From positions 7,812,001 through 7,876,000 of the forward strand of contig CM035359.1 in assembly GCA_020137815.1 (NCBI GenBank): a stretch of 64,000 bases of DNA. The letters run 5' to 3'. The position numbers and the translations under genes are program-made. The notes beneath the pieces were generated by a model. The model was not told where the DNA came from and did no database searches. It worked only from the letters and a program-made list of their open reading frames with translations. The stretch comes from Hormiphora californensis. Its lineage: Eukaryota > Animalia > Ctenophora. Shown in pieces: positions 30,581 to 44,035 of the stretch (position 1 is its first letter; every line of letters begins with the position of its first letter).

Positions 30581-30790
30581 TTAGTGTTGCAATCTTCGCC
30601 TTTTCAAACGCTCCCAGTAGTTTAATTCAGTCATTCCCTTGATCCGTTTGGTGAACTTCCGCTGGATTGCTTCAACGTCCTGGATGTCAGAGATCTTTGG
30701 GGAATCCCATAGTGGACAGCAATATTCCAGTTTACTGCGGACCAGACTTTTGTACAGGATAGTCATAGTTTTTTCCTCCCTTGTTATGTA
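30581..30790 (-). mobile_element. CR1/L2-type LINE RT C-terminal fragment
   Basis: LYKSLVRSKLEYCCPLW..IQDVEAIQRKFTKRI..NYWERLK. Confidence 0.8.
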
Positions 30791-31264
30791 TGCAGGCGTG
30801 CCGTTATTCACAAACTGTTTTCATCATGGTGTAATCAGCATTTGAAATGTTGCTGATCATAACAAAAAACTTAAAGTAACACCTGTAACCTGGTTAGAGG
30901 TCGAGTCGAGGCTCCAAACAGATGTAACAAAAACTGGAACAATTGGGAGGGGTCGATGTAGTTATCGACGGAAAACGTTAAAATCTGGGTGCCTTTCATT
31001 GCTAACAATTCGTAGTTTTAGCGCGCGCGACGTGTTAGGGCTGGTTAGGGTTTGGTTAGGGGTTATCGGTTAGGGCTATCGATTCTCTAACAGATACCGT
31101 TTAGCTTACTCGAATTGGCCATGTGGTTGCATGGCTATAGCCGCTTGAAAAAAGTCGGTCTAAGTATACTCTTTTGGTAGCGCACACCTGTAAACAGGCT
31201 CCAAGGCACCCAGATTATAATCACGCCCGTTATAAGGAACCATGGCAGGTCGGTAGAACTTCGA

Positions 31265-31403
31265 CAGAATTTAGGGTAGGTCAATTTAGGGTAGGTCTGG
31301 ATTTAGGGTAGGTCTGAATTTAGGGTAGGTCTGAATTTAGGGTAGGTCTGAATTTAGGGTAGGTCTGAATTTAGGGTAGGTCTGAATTTAGGGTAGGTCT
31401 GAA
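31265..31403. repeat. 17-bp tandem repeat GAATTTAGGGTAGGTCT
   Basis: About 8 copies. Confidence 0.9.
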
Positions 31404-31737
31404 TGTAAAAGCCTGTCATCGCTCACGTACGTTCATATTGTATTTATTGTCTCCACCGGGATTAATGATTATAGGAGAACGGCTTGAAATATTTCTTAGA
31501 GTCTCCGGATGGTTACTCAGGAGACCTAGGTTTTAAAAAAGTAGGTCGGAACGATGCCGTGGTGCTAATCTCCTATTACGAATGGCGTTCAGCGACGGTC
31601 CATTTTTGGTACAGATTTCTCTGCAGCATAGCTCGGGCGCCACCCCAAGCAGGCAATCTTATTGGTTAGATATGCACCGTCTTTGCGAAATTCTCGAAAG
31701 AGCCTCTACGGTCTATCTTGGCGGTCTAGGTGGCATT

Positions 31738-31809
31738 GCGCTAGTCCAGGCTCGAACCTGTGACCTAGCGTGTGGAAGGCGAGTGCACTGGCCACTACAC
31801 CACCCTGCC
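31738..31809 (-). mobile_element. tRNA-derived SINE head
   Basis: A box TGGTGTAGTGG and B box GGTTCGAGCC; poor acceptor and anticodon stems. Confidence 0.55.
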
Positions 31810-32319
31810 ACCATGGTTTTACCCCAAGTTAAAAAATAGTTCGGTTTTTGTTATGATCAGCAACATTTCAAATGCTGATTACACCATGATAAAAACAGTT
31901 TGTGAAAAAGTAAAACCTGTTTAGAGGTCGTGTCGAGGCTCCAAACAAATGTAACAAAAACTGGAACAATTGCAATTGGGAGGGGTCGATGTAGTTATCG
32001 ACTCTACTATTTCTTCAGTACTTCTGGGCGGATTGATTCATCACCAAAAGCCCTGGCTTCCTTCAGTTTAGATTTCGCTGTTTTCAGCTCATCGCGAGTA
32101 AAGGGGCCAATGTCGATTGGGCCAGGAGGGTGTAGAAGGTATCTTGTCAACCTTTAACGCATACTTTAGTTGTTTAAGTGTCTCTAATTGCTACATTTCT
32201 AACATTTCTACCTTTTATTCTAGTATGAAATGTATAACAAAGATGATACAACGATATGGTAGGGGCCGGGTGACATCCTGGGGTTGGTTGGTGACTTACC
32301 CGTCCAGGTACATAACTTG

Positions 32320-34202
32320 GCGCGAAAGTGCTGGAAATCCAGCCACATTTGGAAAATGTTGCCGAAAAATGACCAGATTTTCTAAAAAGCTCATAACTTC
32401 TCGTTTTCTGCATCATGTGTATAGATGTAGAAAGCACTGTTAGAGAAGCCACTAACAAATTTTAATGTTGGTTACGAAGTCACCCCTGTTACACGGTGTC
32501 CCTTAAGGACGTTCAACCTCGACCGAGTCCCCCAGCAAAACGAACGGTTGTGTGGCCTAAAGGGGACCTCTGGGAACTACACGGGACCGTGGGGAAAATA
32601 TATAAAAGTATCCAAAGGAGAAAATCGCATTTAGGGCAAAAAAACGCCATTTTAACAATGTTGCCGTGGATTTAGAGTTCCAATTCCAGCGGCAATCGAT
32701 TCGGCGTGACCCTGGGGTGACTTGGTTTTGGTCGAAAAAAATAGGTTGGAAAATTTGGAATGTAGTGTGAGAAAAATGACCAAAATCGTATTTTAATGTT
32801 TGTACTTACATGTTTAGCTGAGATGCTTCTATCCAGAGCTAATCTTACCTATTTCATCTAAACATGTACAAACATTAAAATGCGATTTATGAAAAAACGG
32901 TTGGACTTAGAGCAAAATGTCTAACAGACGACCCCCCCCCCAAAATCGGACACGGTGAATCGATTTAGCATGAAATTAGATCGCCAGGACTTACCGTTTT
33001 TGAGTAAATGGCCATTTTATGTTTTCCTAAAATATGTGCTTTACAAAAAGAAACCTGTAGGCCACATTTCACATTCGGACCTTCTGAAAATTTGTTGCTA
33101 CTTTGACAATTGTTAGGAGCACCTTCTCGCCAATTTTTAGCCTTAACGGTCCATTGGAACATGTCCAAATATGGCCTCAAAGTTGAAAAAAAGTAAAATG
33201 GTCTCAGACAAAAATTGAGCACCATTTCAAAAATCGCTGCTTAGGCTGATACACCTCTACAAATCCCTAAAATTTCAGCCTTCTAGCCCTAAAATTAAAA
33301 TTTAGGGACCTTAAAAACCGCGATTGAGGGTCCTCTTTTTTCCAACTTTGAGGGGCTATAATAGCAAAAATATGAATTCGAGTTAAGGGCTAAAATTGCA
33401 TATTTGAGGTCCCCTTGGTATGCCCTACAACCCCATATGGTGAGCTAAGCGGGCACTCGACAAAAATTTCGCCGATGTGTACCCTTAATGAGGGCGATGG
33501 AAATGTGACACTATTTTGGGACGTGCGAGACAATACGGAACATGTGATTCGGGGATTCGGGGAACCTTACAAGCAGCAGGAGACGATACGAGATATGGAT
33601 CATGATTCGGGGAAGCCTATATATAGGACAAAAAATAACATTGACCATATATGGTCAATGTTATTTTTGTCTGGCTCGCCGATTAAAATTTTTCATGGAG
33701 CTGTAGCAAATTGGCTACAACCTCCTAAGTTTTACTCAGCACCTCAAAAAATTAAAAAAAGTGCCAAAACTTCATTATTATGAAAACGCGATGTCTCTAG
33801 CTCAATTCAGTGAGGTGCTAGACACTGAAATATGCCGTGAGGTGTCCTCGTGAGGTGCCATTGATTTACAGGAATACCCATTAATTTAAAAAATCGAAAA
33901 TTTCGGGAAATGGTAGAATTATTTCTTACTCACATGATGAGGTGACTTTGGATAACACATTTACTCATTTATTGAGGTGTAAGTCGATTTAGACCTAAAA
34001 GGTTTACTCTTTGGGATTAAATGAGTAAGTATATGCAGTCGGACCCCGATTTAACGGCACCACGTATGTAGGGGAAGGGGGGGGGGCAGGGTACGCCATG
34101 GCCCCAGTACTTTTCAGGAAATGGCCCCAGTACTTTTCATGATAAGACAAAAACTATGACTTTTTGGCCTAAAAACCGAAAAATTTTCTCGGGCTCCGCT
34201 GT
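32320..34202. repeat. Segment duplicated at ~35290-36350 plus 41424-42240
   Basis: Near-identical ORFs 33415-33783 and 41456-41824; the second copy is split by the insertion at TTAA. Confidence 0.85.
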
Positions 34203-35035
34203 AGGGTGTGCTATTTCAAATTTTTTTCGACTAGGCCATTCAGTATCTAGCTAATGTGAAACTATGGACAATTCTCTATCACATCAGCAAAACAGAATCG
34301 AGATAGTGTTTGTCAGTTACGTTGGCATCGCGATTTAAAAAGTGTAGTTTTTAACCGAAAAATGGTAAAAACAGGGAAATATGTGTGGTTTTCACCAGTT
34401 TTTGACATGTTCTTGATATCAAATTTTTATGTTCAGGATCGTGTTCAGCACCTCGAAACTGACAAGAATTGATATGCATCATTAAATGAACTTTAAAGTT
34501 CATTTTTGACCTAAAAATGTTCATTTTTGACAAAAAATGTTCATTTTTGACAAAAAAATGTTCATTTTGGACATGTTCTTAAATTTTGAGAGCTTTTTCA
34601 TGAACGGGATCGTGTTCCGCAGGCCAAAATTAGTCGATTACAACCGAAATTTGCTTTCCATCAAGAAAAAACTAAAAAAAAATTAAAATTCGTCCCCACG
34701 ATTCTGCAAGTTGGTAAAATTAGCAAGAAAAAAAGGGAGAAAAATTTTTATTTTTGTTCATAAAGTGGATATCTGAAGACTCAAACTGAAAGTAACAGTT
34801 GTATAAGTTGTCACGAGACGATTTATATGTGTGTTTTGTTCGAAATCACGCCCTAAAACAGACTTTTTGAAATGAATATGCCCATATATGGGCATAGCTC
34901 GTGCCAAGGTAATTGGGCCATGGTAGAGCCAAAACTTTGTGATAAAATGTTTTAGAATGATCGTAGGAGCTCATTTAACCCGATACCAAGTGAAATTTTG
35001 AATTAAATTAACCATTTGAAAAAATAGCACACCCT
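34202..35035. mobile_element. hAT-like non-autonomous element
   Basis: TIR AGGGTGTGCTATT...AATAGCACACCCT; TCCGCTGT occurs on both sides; empty site at ~42230-42245. Confidence 0.65.
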
Positions 35036-36350
35036 TTTCTATTGAAAATTTGAATAGATCGGGCGAAGCGACAGCGGAGTCCGCTGTCGCTTCGCCCGAT
35101 CTATTCAAATTTTCAATAGAAAAGTCAGTGTATGTCATATCACGTGACCAAAACAAGAATTATTGCATTATGTATTCATAATGCTGTGTTTCCCTGCCCT
35201 ACCGTTTCACATGTCAGTGACATTGTCACTGCCATTGCCAACAGGATCAAGGCTTGTCATATGTAATTTCTACGATCTGTGTCAGTCTCTAATCCCCTTT
35301 TCCCCCTTTGGAAAACGTATCCGAAAGGGGGGCCCTAAACCCGGGGGTTTTTTTTACCCCCAACATCTCCGCTTCTGGTGCCCTTTTGGAAAATGTGCCA
35401 AAAATACTTTTCTAAAAACCAAACTTTGTTTTTGCCCGGTAAATCCCCCCCCAAGGAACCACTAACCCCTTTTGTTGGACAAGCCCCCCTTTTTGGTTTT
35501 CCCTTAAGGGTTCAACCCACCGAGTCCCCCCAAAACGAACGTTGTTGGCCTAAAGGGGACCTGGGAAACTCCCGGGGACCGTGGGGAAAATAATAAAATT
35601 TCCCAAAAAGGAGAAAATCGCATTTAGGGAAAAAAAAACGCCATTTTAACAATGTTGCCGGGATTTTAGTTTTCCAAATTCAGCGGCAACATTGGGCGTG
35701 ACCCTGGGGTGATTTGGTTTTGGTCAAAAAAAAATAGGGGGAAAAAATTGGAAAATGTAGTTGAGAAAAAAGCCCCAAAAGTTTTAAAATTTTTTGAACT
35801 TCCCATGTTTAGCGAGATGTTTCATCCAGGAATTTTCCCCCCCATTTCCAAACAGAAAAAAATAAAATGGATTTATAAAAAAAAGGTTGGCCCTAGAGAA
35901 AAAATGTCAAAACAGACGACCCCCCCCCCCCAAAATGGGACAGGGTAATCGTTTTAGCAGAAATTAGCGCCGGGATTTCCGTTTTTGAGTAAAGGCCATT
36001 TTTGTTTTTCCTAAAATATTGCTTAAAAAAAGAAACCGGGCCCATTTCATTGGGGACCTTCTAAAAAATTTGTTGCTACTTTGACAATTGTTGGGGGCAT
36101 TTCGCCAATTTTTACCCTTTAAACGGTCCTTTGGAAAACATTCCAAAAAGGGCCCTCAAAGTTGAAAAAAAGTAAAAATGGTTCCAACAAGAGAACCATT
36201 TCAAAAACGGTTAGGTGTACCCCTCTACAAATCCCTAAAATTTCAGCCTTTTACCCCAAATTAAAATTTAGGCCCTTTAAAAAACCGCGTTTGAGGGCCC
36301 CTTTTTTTTTCCAACTTTGGGGGCTATAAAGCAAAAATAGAATTGATTAA

Positions 36351-39300
36351 AGTGAGAGAGAACAGCCCCATTTGATGAAAATTTGGTCAGAATAGTTTTT
36401 GGGTGTTAAATTAGAAGTAAAAAAAATTTTTAGTGCTAAAACCCTAAATTTTGGGATTTTAGGTTTTTTAGGTTTTTTCGGTTTTTTTGGGTTTTTAGGA
36501 ACGTTCTAGAAAAAATGAAAAAAAACCATCTTTTGGCTTTAAAATTTTGCATCATTTTATAGGGGTTAAAAAACCTTTCTATGAGTAAGGTTCAGAATTT
36601 ATCGCAAAAAGCCCCCCAAAAGGGGGGTACATGGTTAGGGGGGTTTCTGTTTTAGGTAACCGGCGAACCTTAGTCAGAACCCCAGTGTTTGTGTTTGTTT
36701 GTATTGTGCGTCTGGCGAGTGCCCTGCCCGAAAAGTAGGGCGGCCGCACCGAGCCCGTTAGGGGGGGCGCCCCAGCAGTCCACCCTCCGCCGTGCAAGGC
36801 CACCCCCAAACAGTTTAGCAGAGCAGTTCTTCAGACGCCCCAGGAAGACCGGGGTCAACCATGGCGACGCCGAGCGGCGTAAAGCCCCGGGCGTCGACAG
36901 GGGTTTATCACACTATCCGGCCAAATCAATTTCCCTAATTTTTTTAAAAAAGCGGGCAGGTAAGTTTGCTTTAAAGGTGTTTTTGAGTTTTTTTTTGGGT
37001 CGGAACGGGTTTAAACTTTTTGCCGTTGGGGGTTTGATTTTGTTTAGTTGGAACAAGGAAAACTTTTTGCCTTTGTGGAGTCTGTCGAGAGTTTTTTTGG
37101 GAAAAAGGTGCAATTCGCCTTGAGTTGTTTTGGACGTGGTCTGGAAAAGGTTGGGTTTTCCCTTTGTGGAGGTTTTAAACAGCGCTAACTAAGAATAAGA
37201 ATGACCACATCTACATTTTTGGGTACAACTACACATAACAACGGACTGACAAACTTACGACCTTGATGGATGTGATGGGTACCGTGACGTGATGGTGATG
37301 AGATGAGAAGTGTGTCCATTCCAGTAGAGATGAAGATAATCGAAAACGATCAAACACAAATAAGGGGAAGGACAGGGGAAGGACCACTAGAATGTAAAAT
37401 GTTCTAGTGGTGGGACAGATAAGAACATTTGTTAATTGTTACACGCGATAAGCGACTTAGTGCACCAGAACACAAGGATTGTCGCTATAGAAGGCTGTTT
37501 AGCAAACGCCTCTATTTAGGGAGGGCGGCTGGGGGGTGGGCGGGTGGGATTTTCCGGGTACCTTTTTAGTGAGAATTGGCCATTTCTAAGCTTATTAGGG
37601 ACACATTGGGCATTATTTAAGCTGTGTAGAGACCCACTGGGAGTAGGAGGAGGGCCTGTGGGTGATTGTGGATGTTGAAGGAAGAACTGAATGACAAAAT
37701 GAGTTGTTTGAACTGAGAGAACGAGAGCAACAGGAACGAGAAAACGATCAGAATGTAATGATGGTTCCGGGAAGTATGACACGAAGTGGTAACCATGTGT
37801 ACGGGCCTCCGCAAGCAACTCTAAAAGTGGACTTTTAAATAAAAGGGAATTAAAATGCAGCGCAAACTTCAAAAAATTGACTATTTTTCGAAATTTTCGG
37901 GGACCTTTTTAGTGAGAATTGGCCATTTCTAAGCTTATTAGGGACACATTGGGCATTATTTAAGCTGTGTAGAGACCACTGGGGAGTAGGAGGAGGGCTG
38001 TGGGTGATTGTGGGATGTTGAAGGAAGAACTGAATGACAAAATGAGTTGTTTGAACTGAGAGAACGAGAGCAACAGGAAACGAGAAACGATCAGAATGTA
38101 ATGAGGTTCCGGGAAGTATGACACGAAGTGGTAACCATGTGTACGGGCCTCCGCAAGCAACTCTAAAAGTGGACTTTTAAATAAAAGGGAATTAAAATGC
38201 AGCGCAAACTTCAAAAAATTGACTATTTTTCGAAATTTTCGGGGACCTTTTTCAGTGAGAATTGGCCATTTCTAAGCTTATTAGGGACACATTGGGCATT
38301 ATTTAAGCTGTGTAGAGACCACTGGGGAGTAGGAGGAGGGCTGGTGGGTGATTGTGGGATGTTGAAGGAAGAACTGAATGACAAAATGAGTTGTTTGAAC
38401 TGAGAGAACGAGAGCAACAGGAAACGAGAAACGATCAGAATGTAATGAGGTTCCGGGAAGTATGACACGAAGTGGTAACCATGTGTACGGGCCTCCGCAA
38501 GCAACTCTAAAAGTGGACTTTTAAATAAAAGGGAATTAAAATGCAGCGCAAACTTCAAAAAATTGACTATTTTTCGAAATTTTCGGGGACCTTTTTCAGT
38601 GAGAATTGGCCATTTCTAAGCTTATTAGGGACACATTGGGCATTATTTAAGCTGTGTAGAGACCACTGGGGAGTAGGAGGAGGGCTGTGGGTGATTGTGG
38701 GATGTTGAAGGAAGAACTGAATGACAAAATGAGTTGTTTGAACTGAGAGAACGAGAGCAACAGGAAACGAGAAACGATCAGAATGTAATGAGGTTCCGGG
38801 AAGTATGACACGAAGTGGTAACCATGTGTACGGGCCTCCGCAAGCAACTCTAAAAGTGGACTTTTAAATAAAAGGGAATTAAAATGCAGCGCAAACTTCA
38901 AAAAATTGACTATTTTTCGAAATTTTCGGGGACCTTTTTCAGTGAGAATTGGCCATTTCTAAGCTTATTAGGGACACATTGGGCATTATTTAAGCTGTGT
39001 AGAGACCACTGGGGAGTAGGAGGAGGGCTGTGGGTGATTGTGGGATGTTGAAGGAAGAACTGAATGACAAAATGAGTTGTTTGAACTGAGAGAACGAGAG
39101 CAACAGGAAACGAGAAACGATCAGAATGTAATGAGGTTCCGGGAAGTATGACACGAAGTGGTAACCATGTGTACGGGCCTCCGCAAGCAACTCTAAAAGT
39201 GGACTTTTAAATAAAAGGGAATTAAAATGCAGCGCAAACTTCAAAAAATTGACTATTTTTCGAAATTTTCGGGGACCTTTTTCAGTGAGAATTGGCCATT

Positions 39301-41423
39301 TCTAAGCTTATTAGGGACACATTGGGCATTATTTAAGCTGTGTTGAGACCACTGGGGAGTAGGAGGAGGGCTGTGGGTGATTGTGGGATGTTGAAGGAAG
39401 AACTGAATGACAAAATGAGTTGTTTGAACTGAGAGAACGAGAGCAACAGGAAACGAGAAACGATCAGAATGTAATGAGGTTCCGGGAAGTATGACACGAA
39501 GTGGTAACCATGTGTACGGGCCTCCGCAAGCAACTCTAAAAGTGGACTTTTAAATAAAAGGGAATTAAAATGCAGCGCAAACTTCAAAAAATTGACTATT
39601 TTTCGAAATTTTCGGGGACCTTTTTCAGTGAGAATTGGCCATTTCTAAGCTTATTAGGGACACATTGGGCATTATTTAAGCTGTGTAGAGACCACTGGGG
39701 AGTAGGAGGAGGGCTGTGGGTGATTGTGGGATGTTGAAGGAAGAACTGAATGACAAAATGAGTTGTTTGAACTGAGAGAACGAGAGCAACAGGAAACGAG
39801 AAACGATCAGAATGTAATGAGGTTCCGGGAAGTATGACACGAAGTGGTAACCATGTGTACGGGCCTCCGCAAGCAACTCTAAAAGTGGACTTTTAAATAA
39901 AAGGGAATTAAAATGCAGCGCAAACTTCAAAAAATTGACTATTTTTCGAAATTTTCGGGGACCTTTTTCAGTGAGAATTGGCCATTTCTAAGCTTATTAG
40001 GGACACATTGGGCATTATTAAGCTGTGTAGAGACCACTGGGGAGTAGGAGGAGGGCTGTGGGTGATTGTGGGATGTTGAAGGAAGAACTGAATGACAAAA
40101 TGAGTTGTTTGAACTGAGAGAACGAGAGCAACAGGAAACGAGAAACGATCAGAATGTAATGAGGTTCCGGGAAGTATGACACGAAGTGGTAACCATGTGT
40201 ACGGGCCTCCGCAAGCAACTCTAAAAGTGGACTTTTAAATAAAAGGGAATTAAAATGCAGCGCAAACTTCAAAAAATTGACTATTTTTCGAAATTTTCGG
40301 GGACCTTTTTCAGTGAGAATTGGCCATTTCTAAGCTTATTAGGGACACATTGGGCATTATTTAAGCTGTGTAGAGACCACTGGGGAGTAGGAGGAGGGCT
40401 GTGGGTGATTGTGGGATGTTGAAGGAAGAACTGAATGACAAAATGAGTTGTTTGAACTGAGAGAACGAGAGCAACAGGAAACGAGAAACGATCAGAATGT
40501 AATGAGGTTCCGGGAAGTATGACACGAAGTGGTAACCATGTGTACGGGCCTCCGCAAGCAACTCTAAAAGTGGACTTTTAAATAAAAGGGAATTAAAATG
40601 CAGCGCAAACTTCAAAAAATTGACTATTTTTCGAAATTTTCGGGGACCTTTTTCAGTGAGAATTGGCCATTTCTAAGCTTATTAGGGACACATTGGGCAT
40701 TATTTAAGCTGTGTAGAGACCACTGGGGAGTAGGAGGAGGGCTGTGGGTGATTGTGGGATGTTGAAGGAAGAACTGAATGACAAAATGAGTTGTTTGAAC
40801 TGAGAGAACGAGAGCAACAGGAAACGAGAAACGATCAGAATCAACACCATGTTATAGGGTGTCAATCGACGCGTATTGATAAGGAGATCATTTTAGTCAA
40901 AATTATTTTGATCTGCAATGTCTGTGTAACGAATGAAACCTAAAAAACCTCACCACATGTTTTAACCAAACGGGTATGCTTCATTCAGTAAGGTTTTTTA
41001 GGTTTCATTCTTTACACAGACATCGCAGATCAAAATAATTTTCACTAAAATGATCTCCTTATCAATACGCGTCGATTGACACCCTATAACATGGTGTTCT
41101 GACAAGAGGTTCGCCGGTTAGCCTAAAACATGAACCCGCCCCTAACACATGTACCCGTTTGGGCTTTTTCGCGATAACTTCTGAACCTTACGTCATAGAA
41201 AGGTTTATAACCACTATAATCGATGCAGAATTTAATGCCGAGAAAGATGGTTTTATTCATTTTGTTCTAGAACGTTCCTGAAACCCATAAAAGCCGAAAA
41301 ACCTTAAAAACCTAAAAATCCTAAATTTAGGATTTGAGCACTAAAAATTTTTTTGACTTCTAATTAGACACCAAACACTATTCTGACCAAGTTTCATCAA
41401 AATCGGGGCTGTTCTCTCTCACT
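36351..41423. mobile_element. Kolobok-like non-autonomous element (TTAA TSD, AG termini, ~320-bp TIRs) carrying a satellite array
   Basis: TTAA|AGTGAGAGAGAACAGCCCC...GGGGCTGTTCTCTCTCACT|TTAA; empty site GAGTTAAGGGCTAAAA at ~33380. Confidence 0.75.
37553..40841. repeat. 343-bp tandem satellite, ~9.6 near-identical copies
   Basis: The recurrent 84-aa pseudo-ORF repeats at ~343-bp spacing (38214, 38558, 38901, 39244, 39587, 39930, 40272, 40615). Confidence 0.97.
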
Positions 41424-42076
41424 TTAAGGGCTAAAATTGCATATTTGAGGTCCCCTTGGTATGCCCTACAACCCCATATGGTGAGCTAAGCGGGCACTCG
41501 ACAAAAATTTCGCCGATGTGTACCCTTAATGAGGGCGATGGAAATGTGACACTATTTTGGGACGTGCGAGACAATACGGAACATGTGATTCGGGGATTCG
41601 GGGAACCTTACAAGCAGCAGGAGACGATACGAGATATGGATCATGATTCGGGGAAGCCTATATATAGGACAAAAAATAACATTGACCATATATGGTCAAT
41701 GTTATTTTTGTCTGGCTCGCCGATTAAAATTTTTCATGGAGCTGTAGCAAATTGGCTACAACCTCCTAAGTTTTACTCAGCACCTCAAAAAATTAAAAAA
41801 AGTGACAAAACTTCATTATTATGAAAACGCGATGTCTCTAGCTCAATTCAGTGAGGTGCTAGACACTGAAATATGCCGTGAGGTGTCCTCGTGAGGTGCC
41901 ATTGATTTACAGGAATACCCATTAATTTAAAAAATCGAAAATTTCGGGAAATGGTAGAATTATTTCTTACTCACATGATGAGGTGACTTTGGATAACACA
42001 TTTACTCATTTATTGAGGTGTAAGTCGATTTAGACCTAAAAGGTTTACTCTTTGGGATTAAATGAGTAAGTATATG

Positions 42077-42500
42077 CAGTCGGACCCCGATTTAACGGCA
42101 CCACGTATGTAGGGGAAGGTGGAGCAGGGTACGCCATGGCCCCAGTACTTTTCAGGAAATGGCCCCAGTACTTTTCATGATAAGTCAAAAACTATGACTT
42201 TTTGGCCTAAAAACCGAAAAATTTTCTCGGGCTCCGCTGTCGCTTCGCCCGATCTATTCAAATTTTCAATAGAAAAGTCAGTGTATGTCATCACGTGACC
42301 AAAAAAATTCGCCCCACTACTTTCAAAACTTCCCCTACATGCCTGAACGGCACCCTCGGGGGAAAGGGTTTTGTCCGTTAAATCGGGGTATCCGCTAAAT
42401 CGGGGTCAAATACTGTTAATTTCCTATATCGGGGGAAGATAATGCTGCCGTTAAATCGGGGTGCCGCTAAATCCGGGGCCGTTAAATCGGGGTCCGACTG
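42077..42500. mobile_element. CAGTCGGACCCCGATTT mariner-type MITE interrupted by a hAT-like MITE (42102-42345)
   Basis: Inner TIR CA(C/G)G(T/C)ATGTAGGGGAAG with 8-bp TSD AACGGCAC. Confidence 0.8.
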
Positions 42501-43198
42501 TAGTTGTAACTTGGCATATAGTAAGGTTAGACAATTTTCCCTCTGATAAGCCCAAAATTTGTACTAAAATTTACTCAAAGAGCTAGGTGCAGGCCCTCCA
42601 AAAGTGACCTATTTTAACCTACTTCTTCTGGACACCTCACAGATTGTGTAAGGAGTTTGAATCGATTAGGTACTGTTTGAGGGTGTCATGTGTGCAATTC
42701 AAAGCCATTTTTAGAACGATCTACTCACCCAGTGAGGTGCTATTGACGTTTTAATAAAACATCGTTTTTTTCGGTGCACCTCAGTCTATGAGTCATATTT
42801 TTCAAACTTTTTTGGTAAAACTGCTAGTTTTGAGCCTACTGCGTGTTTCTAGCTAGGAATAGCTGTAAAATTGAGGTGCTATAGGTCAAAAAGCAGCTCT
42901 AAGTATATGTTGTAACTTTGGAAACTGTTTGCACCTCATAAATAGAGTAAGTTTGCTTACAAATTCGAGATGTGTTTAAATTGAACACTTGAACAGACAG
43001 AGAGGAAGAGAGATAGAGAGAAAGAGAGAATAGAAAGCTTAGAGAAAAAGATAAAGAGAGAAAGAGTCAATAACAACTGCAGGGGGGAAGTTATTTTAAA
43101 TTTTCATTTTCTCAAGTAAATTTGTTTACAGATACGGGGGAACTCACAAAAGATTGGTATTGCCTCGGTACTCTCAATAAAGGTAAACATGTTTAATA

Positions 43199-43558
43199 CA
43201 GTCGGACCCCGATTTAGGGACACCCTCGGGGGAAAGGCTCTTGTCCACTAAATCGGGGTGTCCACTAAATCGGGGTCAAATAAGGTTAATTTCCTATATC
43301 GGGGGAAAAAAATCCTGTCCCTAAATCGGGGTGCCACTAAATCGGGGGCCCCTAAATCGGGGTCCGACTGTACTATGAAGTTCAACTTTGAATTTAGGAT
43401 ACTACAGTCGGACCCCGATTTAGGGACACCCTTGGGGGAAAGGCTCTTGTCTACTAAATCGGGGTCAAATAAAGTTAATTTCCTATATCGGGGGAAAACA
43501 TCCTGTCCCTAAATCGGGGTGCCACTAAATCGGGGGCCCCTAAATCGGGGTCCGACTG
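43199..43558. mobile_element. Two tandem mariner-type MITEs (43199-43370 and 43405-43558)
   Basis: TA|CAGTCGGACCCCGATTT...AAATCGGGGTCCGACTG|TA; another copy at 45340-45511 and partials at ~34037 and ~47687. Confidence 0.85.
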
Positions 43559-44035
43559 TATGATATTATTTTTCCAGTCCGATCTTTCCTTCCGTGACAC
43601 GAACCTTTTTTCTGCAGTACAGGGAACCTGATAAAGTTGATATGAGCGAGGTGACTGAAATTTTAACCTGAAGCCAAGTTTCATATGCAGGTACCTTTGT
43701 ATAATTGGTGTATGACGTATGTAGTGTGTGTATGTGTTCAGTGAACTGTTCAAACGTGAGATGGCTAATTAGCCCCCCCCCCCCCCATGTGAGATGGTTA
43801 TCAATTATAAAATATCTGTCACTTGATTTGCCTTGCTCTGTTTTAGCAAAACTGAAAACAAAACAAGGTGTGCCTGATAGAAAATTGATCAGGATTCAAG
43901 ACGACAGTAATTTACTGATAATGAACCATGCACGTCTGGCGCGAGAGGTGTCAAATTATTAGAGCTGGCAATGTCAGCACGTGTCATGCGCGGCTATCCT
44001 TCCTAGACGATTTAACAAGATATTGAGACATAATA

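Noticed and set aside
33415-33783. 122-aa ORF duplicated at 41456-41824
   Set aside because: Non-ATG start, no recognisable domain or splice pattern, and it lies within a duplicated repeat segment.
37516-40615. Repeated 84-aa ORF MKFALHFNSLL... as a tandem gene array or CRISPR-like array
   Set aside because: It is a by-product of an identical 343-bp satellite: non-ATG start, no unique spacers, eukaryotic context and no cas genes.
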